Shown here piece after piece: positions 22,966-35,784 of a stretch of 64,000 bases of DNA. Below the pieces are notes generated by a model. It saw nothing but the letters and a program-made list of their open reading frames with translations. It searched no databases and had not been told where the DNA came from. Each line of letters opens with the position of its first letter. Within the stretch, counting starts at the first letter, position 1. Position numbers and translations under genes: made by a program. This stretch comes from Mobula hypostoma (taxonomy: Eukaryota): the NCBI RefSeq assembly GCF_963921235.1, contig NC_086108.1, positions 106,704,001-106,768,000 of the forward strand. The letters are read 5' to 3'.

Positions 22966-23914
22966 CTTCAGTGTAGAATGAGCTGCCTGTGGAAGTGGTA
23001 TAAGGGGGTTCGATTTCAACATTTCAGTGAAGTTTGAAGAAGTACATGGATGGAACGGGTATGGAGGGCTATGGTCCAAGGACTAGACTGAATAACAGTT
23101 CAGTACGGACTAGGCACAGTTTTGTGTTGTAGTGCTCTAAGTCTGTTGAACTCCATCGCTCAATTCCTCATGACTTCAAATGCATATTTATTGAGATACA
23201 GAGTGGAATAGGCTCTTCCAGCCTTTTGAGCCACACCGCCCAGCAATCCCTCGATGTAATCCGAGCCTAATCACAGGACAATTTACAATGATCAATTAAC
23301 CTACCTCCAGTACGTTTTTGTACTCTAGGACGAAACTGGAGCCCCTGGAGAGAACCCGTGCAGAGAATGTAAAAACGCATTAGAGGCAGCGGCTGGAATT
23401 GAACCCGGGTCACCTGTACTGTAAAACGTGCTAACAGATATGCTACTGCGCTGCCCTAAAAAAAATCTTATTTTAATTCACAAGATTTTCTGTTGTTTGT
23501 GATTTGATTTCTTTAATTCACGGGTTCTCTATCTCCACCTTAAATATACCTAGTGATTGGGCTTCCAACACCCCGGGGAAGTTAATTCTAGAGATTCACT
23601 GTCCTCTGAGAGAAGAAATTTCTACCACCTTGGTTTTAACAGTGCAGTCTCCAATTTTGCAATATGTTCCCTATTTTGTGGCTCCTCCACTTGTGGAAAC
23701 GTCTCAACGTCTACGCTGTCATCCTCCCTTACAATCCTATATGTATGAATAAAATTGCTCCTGATTCTTCTAAACTCCAAGGAATATGCACTTGGGCATA
23801 ATATGCCTTTTCTATTCAATGGATGTTGTTTCTATTCCCTTAGGAGATAATAATTCCAAATAATCAGAACAGGGAAGACATCCAACTTCAGTTTTGAGAA
23901 CAAAACGTTCAAGT

Positions 23915-24450
23915 TCAAGAACTGCATGGTAATGCTGCAGCTCTGTAAATCTCTGTTTAGACCACGCTTGGTATATTGTGTTCAGTTCTGGCTGCCTCAT
24001 TATCGGAAGGATGTAGAAGCTTTAGAAAGGGTGCACAGGAGTTTTACCAGGATAGTGCCTGGATTAGAGCGCATATCTTATCAGCACAGGTTGAGAGAAC
24101 TAGGGCTATTCTTTTTGCAGCAAAAGAGGATGAGGGGTGACTCGTGGTATACAAGATGATGAGGCACATGAGGGGGCATAATTTTAAAGTGATTAGCAGG
24201 AAGTGTAGAGGGGGATATCAGAGGTAGCAACACAGCAGGTGGGTAAGTGTGTGGAATGCACTGCCAAGGATTGTGGTAGAGTCAGATACATTAAGGGTAT
24301 TTAAGGAACTTCTAGATAGGTACATGGAAGATAGAAAAGTGGGAAGCTATGTGGGAGGGAAGAGTTAGATTGATTTTGGAGTGGGTTAAATGGTTCGCAC
24401 AATATCATTGACCAAAGCACTTGTCCTGTGCTGTAGTGTTCCATATTCAA
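23915..24450 (+). mobile_element. CR1 3' fragment
   Basis: ORF 23926-24159 (YCVQFWLPHYRKDVEALERV). Confidence 0.85.
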
Positions 24451-24964
24451 TATTCTGTAAAAGAGAGTATTGCGACGTAGTGGTAGCACTCTCACCTCCA
24501 AGTGAAGTTTGTGGGTTCAAATTCTTCTAGGCTCTTCAGAATAATGTTTAGATGGGCATTCAAGTGCTGTGCAGAGGGAATATTCATATTGCTATCTATC
24601 TGTCTGTCTGTCTATTTATCTGCTTGAAAGTAAGTCAAGTTGATTTTATAGTCACATACACAAGTACGGCGAGGTACTGGTGCAATGAAAAACTTGTTTG
24701 AAACAGCATCACAGGCTCACAGATGCAGAGAACAGTGCAGAAAACATAAGTTATTCATAAATTATACATGAAGTATACAAAAGAGTAAGTAAAAAGTGTG
24801 CAGAACAAGGCATTAGTTTAAAAAGCACCATCAGAGAAAAGTGCATGGAAGTGCAAGAGGTTGTCCATAGTGTTCTTTCGCTGAGGGAGGGTTAGGGCTG
24901 TGCAGGTTGGTTCAAGAACCTGGTTCTGTGTTCCGTGTCCTTATTCTATGTTTTATGTTCCACA

Positions 24965-25685
24965 TACTATATTGATGTAATGTTGAGGCTTTATAAAGGA
25001 CTGATGAAGCCCCATAGAGTCATAGAGTCATCGAAAAGTAGAGCACAGAAACGGGCCTTTCAGCCCATCTAGTCCATACAAACCATTTAAACTGCCTACA
25101 CCCATTGTCCCGCAATGGGCCATAGCCCTCCATACGACTACCACCTATTTGGGGTACTGTGAGCAATTTCGGACCCCTTATCGAAGGAAGGATGTACTGA
25201 CATCCGAGGGGGTTCAAGGGAGGCTCATGTCATGAAAATGATTCCAGGATTTAAATGTTTATCATATGAGGAGCGTTTGATGACTCTGGTTTGTACTCAC
25301 TGGAAGTCAGAAGAATGAGGGGTGATCTCATTGAAACTAATCGAATGTTGAAGGGCCTCAATAGAGTGGATGTGGAGAGGATGTTTCCTATGGTGAGGTA
25401 ATATAAGAACAGAGGACACAGCCTCAGAATAGAGGGGTGTTCACTTATAATGGAGATGAGGAGGAATTTCTTTAGCCAGGGAGTGGTGAATCTGTGGAAT
25501 TCATTGCCACAGACGGTTGTGGAGGTCAAGTCATTGGGTATATTTAAGGCAGAGGTTGATAGATTCTTGATTAGTCAAGTCATGAAGGGTTATGAGGAGA
25601 AGGCAGAAGATTGGGGCTGAGTGGGAAATTGGATCAGCCATGATGAAATGGTGGTGAAGACGTGATGAGCCAAGTGGCCTAATTT
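24965..25685 (+). mobile_element. CR1 3' fragment with a nested minus-strand CR1 tail at ~25013-25147
   Basis: CR1 C-terminal codons interrupted by a catagagtcatagagt tail repeat. Confidence 0.75.
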
Positions 25686-25889
25686 CAGCATTATTGTGAC
25701 TTTCACAGATCCTTTTGTCATCCTGTGGATTCCCTTTAAGAGGAGGAATGCACTAAGCTCACAATATTTGGATCATTCACTGGTAGGTACAGTGAGTTGA
25801 AAATACATCATTAGCTTGTCAGGCTTGGAGCACTGAGTATAACTTACAGGGTGAATCCAGTGAAGTGAAATGCCAGGATTATAGGTCGT

Positions 25890-26580
25890 CTATTTGAGTG
25901 GTGTCACAACAACAACCTTGCACTCAACATCAGTAATACCAAGGAAGTCGGGAGAACACGCTACGGTCCTCAACAAAGGTTCAGCCGTGGAAAGGTGAGC
26001 ATCTTCAAGTTGTTTGATGTCAGCATTTCTGAGTATCTATCCTGGACCCAACATGTTACTACAATTATCAGGATGTCAGTGGCTGTACAATATTAGAAGT
26101 TTGAGAAAATTTGTTACGTCACCAAAAACTTTGGTAATTTTATACAGATATGCCAGAGAGAACATTCTGATTCATGGCATCACCATCTGGTATGCAAGCA
26201 CCAGGGAACAGAAGTGGGAAAAAGCTGCAGAGGGCTCTAAGCTTAGCCAGCTACATTGTGCACAAACTAGCTTCGCCACCATCGAGAACATCTACAAAAG
26301 GTGAGGCCTCAGGAAGGAGGCATCCATCGTTAAGGGCCCTCACCATCTAGGGCAAGTCTTCTTCTCATTACTACTATCAAGGAGGAGGTAAAGGATCCTG
26401 AGGACAATATCTGAGGAACAGCTTCTTTCCCTCTGCCATTGGATTTCTGAATGGACCAGGAAACATCACAGTTTTGATCTCTTGCACTACTTTAAAAAAT
26501 ACTTATTTTGACTAATAGTTTATAATTTTTATGCACTGTACTACTGCTGTAAAATAATAAATTTCAAAATATTTCAGTGA
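25890..26580 (+). mobile_element. Rex1/Babar-type LINE 3' fragment
   Basis: SPKTLVILYRYARENILIHGITIWY, homologous to 48673-49044. Confidence 0.7.
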
Positions 26581-27509
26581 TAATCGGCTAAATAGATCAA
26601 AGTCATCATGGCTTCCTTTAGGGGAAATCTTGCCTGACAAATCTGTTAGAATTATTTGAGTAAATAACAGGCAGGATAGAGAAAGGAGAATCAGTGGATG
26701 TTGTTTATTTGGATTTTCATAAGTCCCTTGACAAGATGCCACACATGAGGCTACTTAACAGGATAAGAGCCAATGATAAAGCACTGGTGAGGTCTCACTT
26801 GGAGTATTGTGAGCAATTAGTCTGCATATCTTAGAAAGGAAGTGCTGAAACTGGAGAGAGTTCAAAGGAGGTTCACGAAAATTATTCCAGATTTCAATGG
26901 CTTGTCATATGAAGAGCGCTTGATGGCTCTGGGCCTGTATTCACCAGAATTCAGAAGAATGAGGAGTGACCTTATTGAAGCCTAACAAATGGTGAAGGGA
27001 CTTGATAGGTGGATGAGAAGAGGATGTTTCCTATGGTGGGAGAGTCTAAGACCAGAGGACACAGACTCAGAATAGAGGGGCATCCTTTCAGAATGGAGAT
27101 GTGGAATTCTTTGCCACAGGCAGCTGTGGAGTCCGTCTTCATGTCTATTTAAGGCAAAGGTTGATAGATTCTTGATTGGTCAGGGCATGAAGGGAGATTG
27201 GGTCTGAGAGGAGAATTGGATCAGGCGTGATGAAATGGCAGAGCAGACTCAAGTGGCCTACTTTTTTAATATATTTATTCACTTATGAGAGGTGGGCATC
27301 GCCAGCTAAGCCAGTATTGGCTCATTCTGAGTTGCCCTTAAGAAGGTGGTGATGAGCTGCCTTTTTTTTTATTAAGTGCAAACGTGAGCAATAGCCAGAT
27401 CAGAAATGCTGATCAAGTCAACTAGTTCCCAAAGAGAACTCTGATAGGCCAATCAGATGGTTCACTGCTGCTCAGCGATAGAACACAAAAAAATCATGTG
27501 TACAATTAA

Positions 27510-27920
27510 CATAGAAACATAGAAAATAGGTGCAGGAGTAGGCCATTCAGCCCTTGAAGCCTGCACCGCCATTCAGTATGATCATGGCTGATCATCCAAC
27601 TCAGAACCCTGTACCAGCCTTCCCTCCATACCCCCTGATCCCTTTAGCCACAAGGGCCATATCTAACTCCTTCTTAAGGATAGCCAATGAACTGGCTTCA
27701 ACTGTTTCCCGTGGCAGAGAATTCCACAGATTCACCACTCTCTGTGTGAAGAAGTTTTTCCTCTTCTTGGTCCTAAAAGGCTTCCCCTTTATCCTCAAAC
27801 TGTGACGCCTCGTTCTGGACTTCCCCAACATCGGGAACAATCTTCCTGCATCTAACCTGTCCAATCCCTTTAGAATTTTATACGTTTCAATCAGATCCAC
27901 CCTCAATCTTCTAAATTCCA
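27510..27920 (-). mobile_element. Young CR1 3' end
   Basis: ORF 27601-27921 (EFRRLRVDLIETYKILKGLDRLDAGRLFP...NFFTQRVVNLWNSLP); plus-strand catagaaa tail repeats. Confidence 0.92.
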
Positions 27921-28454
27921 CTGTTAAGAAATATTAAAGAACAGTAGAAATACTGGAGTCATAATGATCACGAAGTCTGCTGGAGAGACATTTATACACA
28001 TGCTGTCCTCCATAATTCAAAGAGATTGAAGGATAAGATTGCAGGGTGACAAAATGTGGCAGGAGCATTTGGAATTAAAAACTAATCCCTACCGGGAGAA
28101 AACAGCACCTGTTCTTTCCGCACTGTTCTCCAGCAGTTTAAGGACTAAGTCCAGCCGGAACATAACTCACAAGTGCTCTTGAAAGTCAGGTATTAACCCT
28201 ACCTACCAAAAACCAAGCACTGCCATCCTGGTCCCTTTCATGATAGCCTTCTTGAACCGCTGCAGTCCCTGAGGAGTAGGTACACCTACAGTGCTATCAG
28301 GGAGGGAATTCCATGATTTTGACCCAGCAACAATGAAGGAACAGCGATATGTTTCCAGGTCAGGATGATGAGTGATTTGGAGGAGGATTTCCAGGTGGTG
28401 TTCCCAGGTATCTGCTGGAATTCGGCTCCTATATCTTCTGGTCTCAGGGTCTTA

Positions 28455-29545
28455 TGATATTAAGAAAAGATACTAGCATGGATAGAAAATTGGATGACTG
28501 GAAGGAAGTAAAAAGTGGGAATTAAGGTGTCCTTTTTCTAGTTGGCTGCCAATGCCTAGTGGTGGTCTGCATGGGTTGGAGTAGGGACCACTTCTTTTCA
28601 CATTATATATCAATGTAAATGAACTGATGGATTTGTGGCCAAGTTTACAGAAGGTATGATCATGGGTGGAGGGGCAGATAGTGTTGAGGAAGTAGCAACT
28701 CTGCAGAAGGATGTAGACAGATTGTGAGGACGGGCAAAGAAGTGGCAGATGGTATTATTGCAGGGAAGCACATGGTCCTGCACTTCAGAGAAGGAATAAA
28801 GACGTAGACTACTTTATAAACCATGAGAAAATTCAAAGATCAGAGATGCAAAGGGACTTGGGAAACATTGTGTGGGATTCCCTAAAGGTTAATTTGCAGG
28901 TTGAATCAAGTGAAAAGAAGGCAAATATAATGTTATCATTTATTTTGAGAGGACTAGAATACAAAAGCAAGAATGTAATGTTGAGGGTTTATAAGGTACT
29001 TGTCAGGTATTGTGACCTGTTTTGGGCTACTTCTATAAGAAAAGATGTGCCGGCAGTGAAGAGGACCCAAAGGCTGTACATAAGAATATAAGGGTTATCA
29101 TATGATGAGTATGAGATGGCTCTGGGCCTGTGCTCCATGGAGTTTTTAGAAGAATGACAGGGATCTCATTAAAACTTATTGAATTTTGAAAGGTTTGGAT
29201 TGAGTGGATGTGGAGAGGGTGTTTCATATAGTGGGTAAGTCTAGGACCGGAGGGCACAGATTCAGAATAGAGGGACATTCAATTGGAACAAAGATGAGGA
29301 GCAAATTCTTTAGCCAAAGCGTGGTGAATCTATGGAATTCATTGCCACAGGTGGCTGTGGAGGCCAAGTGATTGGGTATATTTAAGTGGAGCTTTATTCT
29401 GATAAGTCAGGGCATCAAAGTTTATGGAGAGAAGGCAGGAGAATAGAGTTGAGAGAGATAATAAGTCATTCATGATGGAATGACTGAGCAGACTTGATGG
29501 GCCAAATGACCTAATTCTATTCCTCTGTCTTATGGTCTTATGGTC
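28455..29545 (+). mobile_element. Decayed CR1 3' region
   Basis: QRDLG...RGLEYKSKNVMLRVYKVLVR; tail tcttatggtcttatggtct. Confidence 0.85.
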
Positions 29546-30959
29546 TAATTGTCAATTCTGCAACTAACTCACTCTATCCCTTATTCTCTCCTTCTCAGCT
29601 ACCAAGGCTCTACTCAGTTTCTTACCTCTCCTCCACCTACACCATTTCCCTTCACACACTCTCTCTTCCCACTGGGTTAAAGAGATAAAGACTAGTTTTA
29701 TTTGTTACACGTACATTGAAATACACTGGGCAGCCGCAAGCGGCAACATGCTTCAGACGCCAATATACCACCACTTTCTTGCAATGACTTCACTTTCTTT
29801 CATTCCTTTAATATCCAAATATCTATGCCCCTGCATCCAACATGCACAGGAACTGCTCTGGGCACAGTGTGACCACTGGAATCTACAGAGAGCTATGGAC
29901 ACAGTTCAGTACATTATGGAAACTAATCTCTACTCCATGGACACTGCCTCAGTAAAGCAGCCAGCAAAATCAAAGACCAGACCCACCTGGGACATTCCCC
30001 TTTCTCCCCTCTCCCACTGGGCAGATGATACAGAAGTCAGAAAGGACCAGGCTCAGGGCAGCTTCGACTGGCAATTATCAGCCTATTGAATGGTTCCTTA
30101 GTACAATAAGATGGATTCTTAAATTCACAATCTGCCTCATTATGACCTTGTACCTTATTGACTACCTACACTGCAACTTATTTGTAACTGTGACACTTTA
30201 TTCTGTATTTTTTATTGTCTTACCTTGTACTACCTCAATGCACTGTATAATTATTTCATCATTATACAGTACACAGTATGTAAGGCAAGCTTCGTATCTT
30301 GAACATGTAACAATAACAAATCTAAACCTAGCCTTTGACAGATTCACCATGCAGATGAATTTGCATGGATCAGAAATAGAGGGAGTGAGCAAATTCAAGT
30401 TCCTGGGTGTCAAGATCTCTAAGGATCTATCCTGGTCCCAACATATTGATGCAGCTATAAAGAAGGCAAGAGAGTAGCTATCTTTCATTAGGAGTTTGAG
30501 ATCTGGTTTGTCACCAAAGCCACTAAGAAACTTCTACAGATGTACAGTGTACTATTATATATATACACACACACACACACATACGCTCTGTAATTGATTT
30601 ACTTTTTTTATAGTATCATTGTACTGCTGCTGCAAAGTTGACAGATTTCAGGACATACACCAGAGATATTAAACCTGATTCTGATTCTGATTCTGCACTA
30701 GGTGAAGAAATAATTCAAGTTCAAGTTTAAGTTTATGTTTATTGAACCATAAAAGCATAATGAAACTACATTCCCCTGGGACCAAGGTGTGAAACACAGT
30801 ACATATATCACGTACAACACTTAAAATTTTAACACAATAATATTAACAGATAATAATATAAATATTCTGTAGATCAACAAGTTGACATAAAGTGCATATA
30901 CAACATATAGTTAAATATACAACAGTATTACTCTTATTGGCACTGTCATAAATAATGTG

Positions 30960-31478
30960 TAAGACCATAGGACAAAGGAGCAGAATTAGGCCATTCAGCC
31001 CATTATGTCTGCTCTGATGTTCCATCATTGCTGATCCTGGATCCCACTCAACCCCATACACCTGCTTTCTCGCCATATCCTTTGATACCCTGACCAAACA
31101 GGAAACAATCAACTTCCGCTTTAAATATACCCATGGACTTGGCCTGCCCCACAGTCTGTGGCAGAGCATTCCACAGATTCACTACTCTCTGGCTAAAAAA
31201 TTTTCTCCTTACCTCTGTTCTAAAAGATCATCATTCAATTTTCAGACTGTGCACCCTAGTTCTGAATACTCCCACCATAGCAAACATCCTCTTCACAACC
31301 ACCTTTCCTTATTCAGTAGATTTCAATGAGATCCCTCCACATTCTTCTAAATTCCAGTGAGTACAGCCCAAAGCTGTCAAACGCTCCTCATATGTTAACC
31401 CCTTCATTCCCAGAATAATCCTTGTGAACCTCCTCTGGACTTTCTACAATGGCAAAACATCCTTTCTGAGATATGGGG
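30960..31478 (-). mobile_element. CR1 3' end
   Basis: Same family as 58645-59880. Confidence 0.85.
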
Positions 31479-31602
31479 GACAGAGTAAGAAGGAATTGGC
31501 TTGAGAGGCTTCGGTGAGCAGAGGCTGAGGACGAGCTTCACTCCAAGTGAGGTAAGGCCGAGTAAGTTCCTTTAATTAATTTAATTACCTTAAGTGTAGG
31601 TA

Positions 31603-32542
31603 ATGGAGGCAGCAGTTAGGGCAGTTGAGTGCTCCATTTGCAGTATGTGAGAAGTCAGGGCAAGCACAATCATTCCTGATGACTACAGCTGTAAAAGGTG
31701 CATCCAGCTGCAGCTCCTGACAAACCAAGTTAGGGAACTGGAGCTGGAGCTGGATAAACTTCAGATCATTCGGGAGTCAGAGGCAGAAATAAACAGGAGT
31801 TACAGGGAGATAGTCACCCCTAAGAGTCAGGAGACAGGTAGCTGGGTGACTGTCAGGAGGGGGAAGGGAAGGGGAATAGACAGAATGAGCAGAGCACCCC
31901 TGTGGCTGTTCCCACCAATAATAAGTACATCATTTTGGATACTGTTGATAGGGAAAACCTGCCAGGGACAAGTTGCAGTGGTTGCGTCTCTGGCACCGAG
32001 ACTCGACCCTCAGCTCAGAAGGGAAGGAGGGAAAAGAGGAGAGCAGTAGTGATAGGGGATTCGATAGTTAGGGGGACAGATAAGAGGTTCTGTGGAAGAG
32101 ATCAAGAATCCCGGATGGTCTGTTGCCTCCCTGATGCCAGGGTCCGCGACATCCCGGATCGAGTTCTCGGTATTCTCAAGAGGGAGCAGCCGGATGTCGT
32201 GGTCCATGTAGGGACCAATGACGTGAGTAGGAAGAGTGAGGAGTCCTGAAAGGTGAGTTCAGGGAGTTAGGAGCCAAGTTAAAGGACAGGACCTCCAGGA
32301 TAGCAGTCTCAGGATTGCTATCAGTGCCACGTGCAGGCGGGTTTAGAAATAGTAAGATAACGCAGATCAACACATGGCTGAAGACATGATGCAGGAGGGA
32401 GGGCTTCAGATTTATAGATAATTGGGCAGTTTTCCAGGGAAGGTGGGACCTGTTCTGGCGGGATGGTTTACATCTGAACTGGAGGGGGACAAATATTCTT
32501 GCAGTTAGATTTGCTAGAGAGGCTCCAGTGGATTTAAACTAG
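31603..32542 (+). pseudogene. CR1 ORF1 (zinc finger, coiled coil, SGNH esterase), disrupted
   Basis: ATG at 31603; CSIC...CKRC; VVIGDSIVRG and VVHVGTND esterase motifs; internal stops and frameshifts. Confidence 0.85.
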
Positions 32543-32768
32543 ATACAAGGGGGGAGGGGAACCAGAGTGTAGGAACAGATGTAGGGGAGAAGGAAGAAAA
32601 AGGAGATAGTAAAGTTGTTTGCACTGTTAGTGATAAACAGAGAGTAAGAGGTGGAAATTTTCTTAACTGCATTTATTTTAATACTAGGAGCATTGTAAGA
32701 AAGGTGGATGAGCTTAGAGCATGGATTGATACCTGGAAGTATGATGTTGTAGCTATTAGTGAAATATG

Positions 32769-33002
32769 GTCCTCTCGTATCCCCTTTTGCCTATCACCTG
32801 TCCAGCTCTCGGCTCTATCCCTCCCCCTCCTGTCTTCTCCTATCATTTTGCATCTCCCCCTCCCCCTCCAGCTTTCAAATCCCTTACTCACTCTTCCTTC
32901 AGTTAGTCCTGACGAAGGGTCTCGGCCTGAAACGTCGACTGCGCCTCTTCCTATAGATGCTGCTTGGCCTGCTGCGTTCACCAGCAACTTTGATGTGTGT
33001 TG
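32769..33002 (+). mobile_element. Short Penelope terminal-repeat insertion inside CR1 ORF2
   Basis: Closely similar to ~6695-6928; 11-bp TSD agtgaaatatg at 32758-32768 and 33003-33013. Confidence 0.92.
32905..32940 (+). ncRNA. Minimal hammerhead ribozyme motif, core intact
   Basis: agtc-ctgacga-agggtctcggcct-gaaac-gtc-gact. Confidence 0.75.
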
Positions 33003-35784
33003 AGTGAAATATGATTGTAGGAGGGGTGTGATTGGCAACTAAATATTCCTGGATTTCATTGCTTCAGGCATGATAAAATCAGAGGAACAAGAGGGGGAGG
33101 TGTTGCATTACTTGTCAGAGAAAATATTACAGCGGTGCTCTAGCAGGATAGATTAGCGGGCTTGTCTAGGGAGGCTACTTGGGTGGAACTGAAGAATGGG
33201 AAAGGTGTAGTAACATTAATAGGGGTGTATTATAGACCACCTAATGGGGAGCGAGAATTGGAGGAGCAAATTTGTAAGGAGATAGCAGATATTTGTAGTA
33301 AGCACAAGGTTGTGATTGTGGGAGATTTTAATTTTCCACACAGAGACTGGGAAGCCCATACTGTAAAAGGGCTGGATGGTTTGGAGTTTGTAAAATGTGT
33401 GCAGGATATTTTTCTGCAGCAATACATAGAGGTACCAACTAGAGAAGGGGCAGTGTTGGATCTCCTGGTAGGGAATGAGATAGGTCAGGTGACAGAGGTA
33501 TGTGTTGGGGAACACTTCGGGTCCAGTGATTACAATGCTATTAGTTTCAATATAATTATGGAGAAGGATAGGTCTGGACCCAGGGTTGAGATTTTTGATT
33601 GGAGAAAGGCTAACTTTAAGGAGATGCAAAAGGATTTAGAAGGAGTGGATTGGGACAAATTGTTTTATGAGCAGGATGTAATAGAGAAATGGAGGTCATT
33701 TAAATGTGAAATTTTGAGGGTACAGAATGTTCCTGTTAGGTTGAAAGGAAATGAGGTAAGTTTGAGAGAGGCATGTGTTTCTAGGGATATTGGAAACTTG
33801 GTTCGGAAAAAGAGAGATATCTACAATAAATATAGGCAGCATGGAGTAAATGAGGTGCTTGAGGAATATAAAGAATGTAAAAAGAATCTTAAGAAAGAAA
33901 TTAGAGAAGCTAAAAGAAGATACGAGGTTGCTTTGGCAAGTAAGGTGAAAATCAATCCAAAGGGTTTCTACAGTTATATTAATAGCAAAAGGATAGTGAG
34001 GGATAAAATTGGTCCCTTAGAGAATCAGAGTGGACAGCTATGTGTGGAACCAAAAGGCATGGGGGAGATTTTGAACAATTTCTTTTCTTCGGTATTCACT
34101 AAGGAGAAGGATATTGAATTGTGTAAGGTGAGGAAAATAGGTAGGGAAGTTATGGAAACTATGATGATTAAAGAAGAGCAAGTATTGGTGTTTTTAAGGA
34201 ATATAAAAGTGGATAAGTCTTTGGGTCCTGACAAGATATTCCCTAGGACCTTGAGGGAAGTTAGTGTGGAAATAGCAGGGGCTCTGACAGAAATATTTGA
34301 AATGTCATTAGAAACGGGGATGGTGCCGGAGGACTGGCATATTGCTCATGTTGTTCCATTGTTTAAAAAAGTTTCTAAGAGTAAACCTAGCAATTATTGG
34401 TCTGTAAGTTTGACGTCAGTGGTGGGTAAGTTAATGGAAAGTATTCTTAGAGGTGGTATATATAATTATCTGGATAGACAGGGTCTGATTAGGAACAGTC
34501 AACATGGATTTGTGCGTGGATGGTCATGTTTGACAAATCTTTTTGAATTTTTTGAAGAGGTTACTAGGAAAGTTGACGAGGATAAAGCGATGGATGTCTG
34601 TATGGACTTTGACAAGGTTCCATACGGAAGGTTAGTTAGGAAGGTTCAATCGTTAGATATTAATATCGAAGTAGTGAAATGGATTCAGCAGTGGCTGGAT
34701 GGGAGATGCCAGAGAGTAGTGTTGGATAACTGTTTGTCAGATTGGAGGCCGGTGACTGGTGGTGTGCCTCAGGGATCTGTACTGGGTCCAATGTTGTTTT
34801 GTCATATACATTAATGATCTGGATGACGGGGTGGTAAATTGGATTAGTAAGTATGCAGATGTTACTAAGATAGGTGGCGTTGTGGATAATGAAGTCGGTT
34901 TTCAAAGCTTACAGAAAGATTTAGGCCAGTTAGAAGAGTGGGCTGAAAGATGGCAAATGGAGTTTAATGCTGATAAGTGTGAGGTGCTACATTTTGGTAG
35001 GACTAATCAAAATAGGACATACATGGTAAATGGTAGGGCATTGAAGAATGCAGTAGAACAGAGGGATCTAGGAATAATGGTGCGTAGTTCCCTGAAGGTG
35101 GAATCTCATGTGGATAGGGTGGTGAAGAAAGCTTTTGGTATACCGGCCTTTATGAATCAGAGCACTGAGTATAGGAGTTGGGATGTAATGTTGAAATTGT
35201 ATAAGGCATTGGTGAGGCCAAATTTGGAGTATTGTGTGCAGTTCTGGTCACCGAATTATAGGAAAGATGTCAACAAAATAGAGAGAGTACAGAGAAGATT
35301 TACTAGAATGTTACCTGGATTTCTGCACCTAAGTTACGGAGAAAGGTTGAACAAGTTGTGTCTTTGTTCTTTGGAGTGTAGAATGTTGAGGGGGGACTTG
35401 ATAGAGGTATTTACAATTATTAGGGGGCTAGATAGAGTTGATGTGGATAGGCTTTTTTCCATTGAGAGTAGGGGAGATTCGAACAAGAGGATATGAGTTG
35501 AGAGTTAAAGGGCAAAAGTTTAGGGGTAACTTGAGGGGGAACTTCTTTACTCAGAGAGTGGTAGCTGTGTGGAACGAGCTTCCAGCAGAAGTGGTAGAGG
35601 CAGGCTCGATATTGTCATTTAAACTAAATTTGGATTGCGAAAATTGACAGGAAAGAAATGCAGGGTTACGGACTGAGTGCAGGTCGGTGGGACTAGATGA
35701 GAGTAAGCATTCAGCACGGACTAGAAGGGCCGAGATAGCCCGTTTCCCTGCTGTAATTGTTATATGGTTATATTATATGGTAAT

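Larger units (their letters stand above)
32660..35647 (+). pseudogene. CR1 ORF2 (APE endonuclease plus RT), disrupted
   Basis: ORFs 33162-34814, 34759-35496, 35438-35647: [48 protein letters not shown]. Confidence 0.95.
31480..35780 (+). mobile_element. Near full-length CR1 LINE, inactivated
   Basis: 5' UTR, ORF1, ORF2 and a ttatatgg-type tail in order; interrupted at 32769-33002. Confidence 0.93.

Noticed and set aside
33162..34814. 550-aa ORF as a functional host gene or active LINE
   Set aside because: Internal piece of a CR1 ORF2 with an upstream stop, a Penelope insertion, a deletion in the DFSKAFD motif, downstream frameshifts and a mutated YADD motif.
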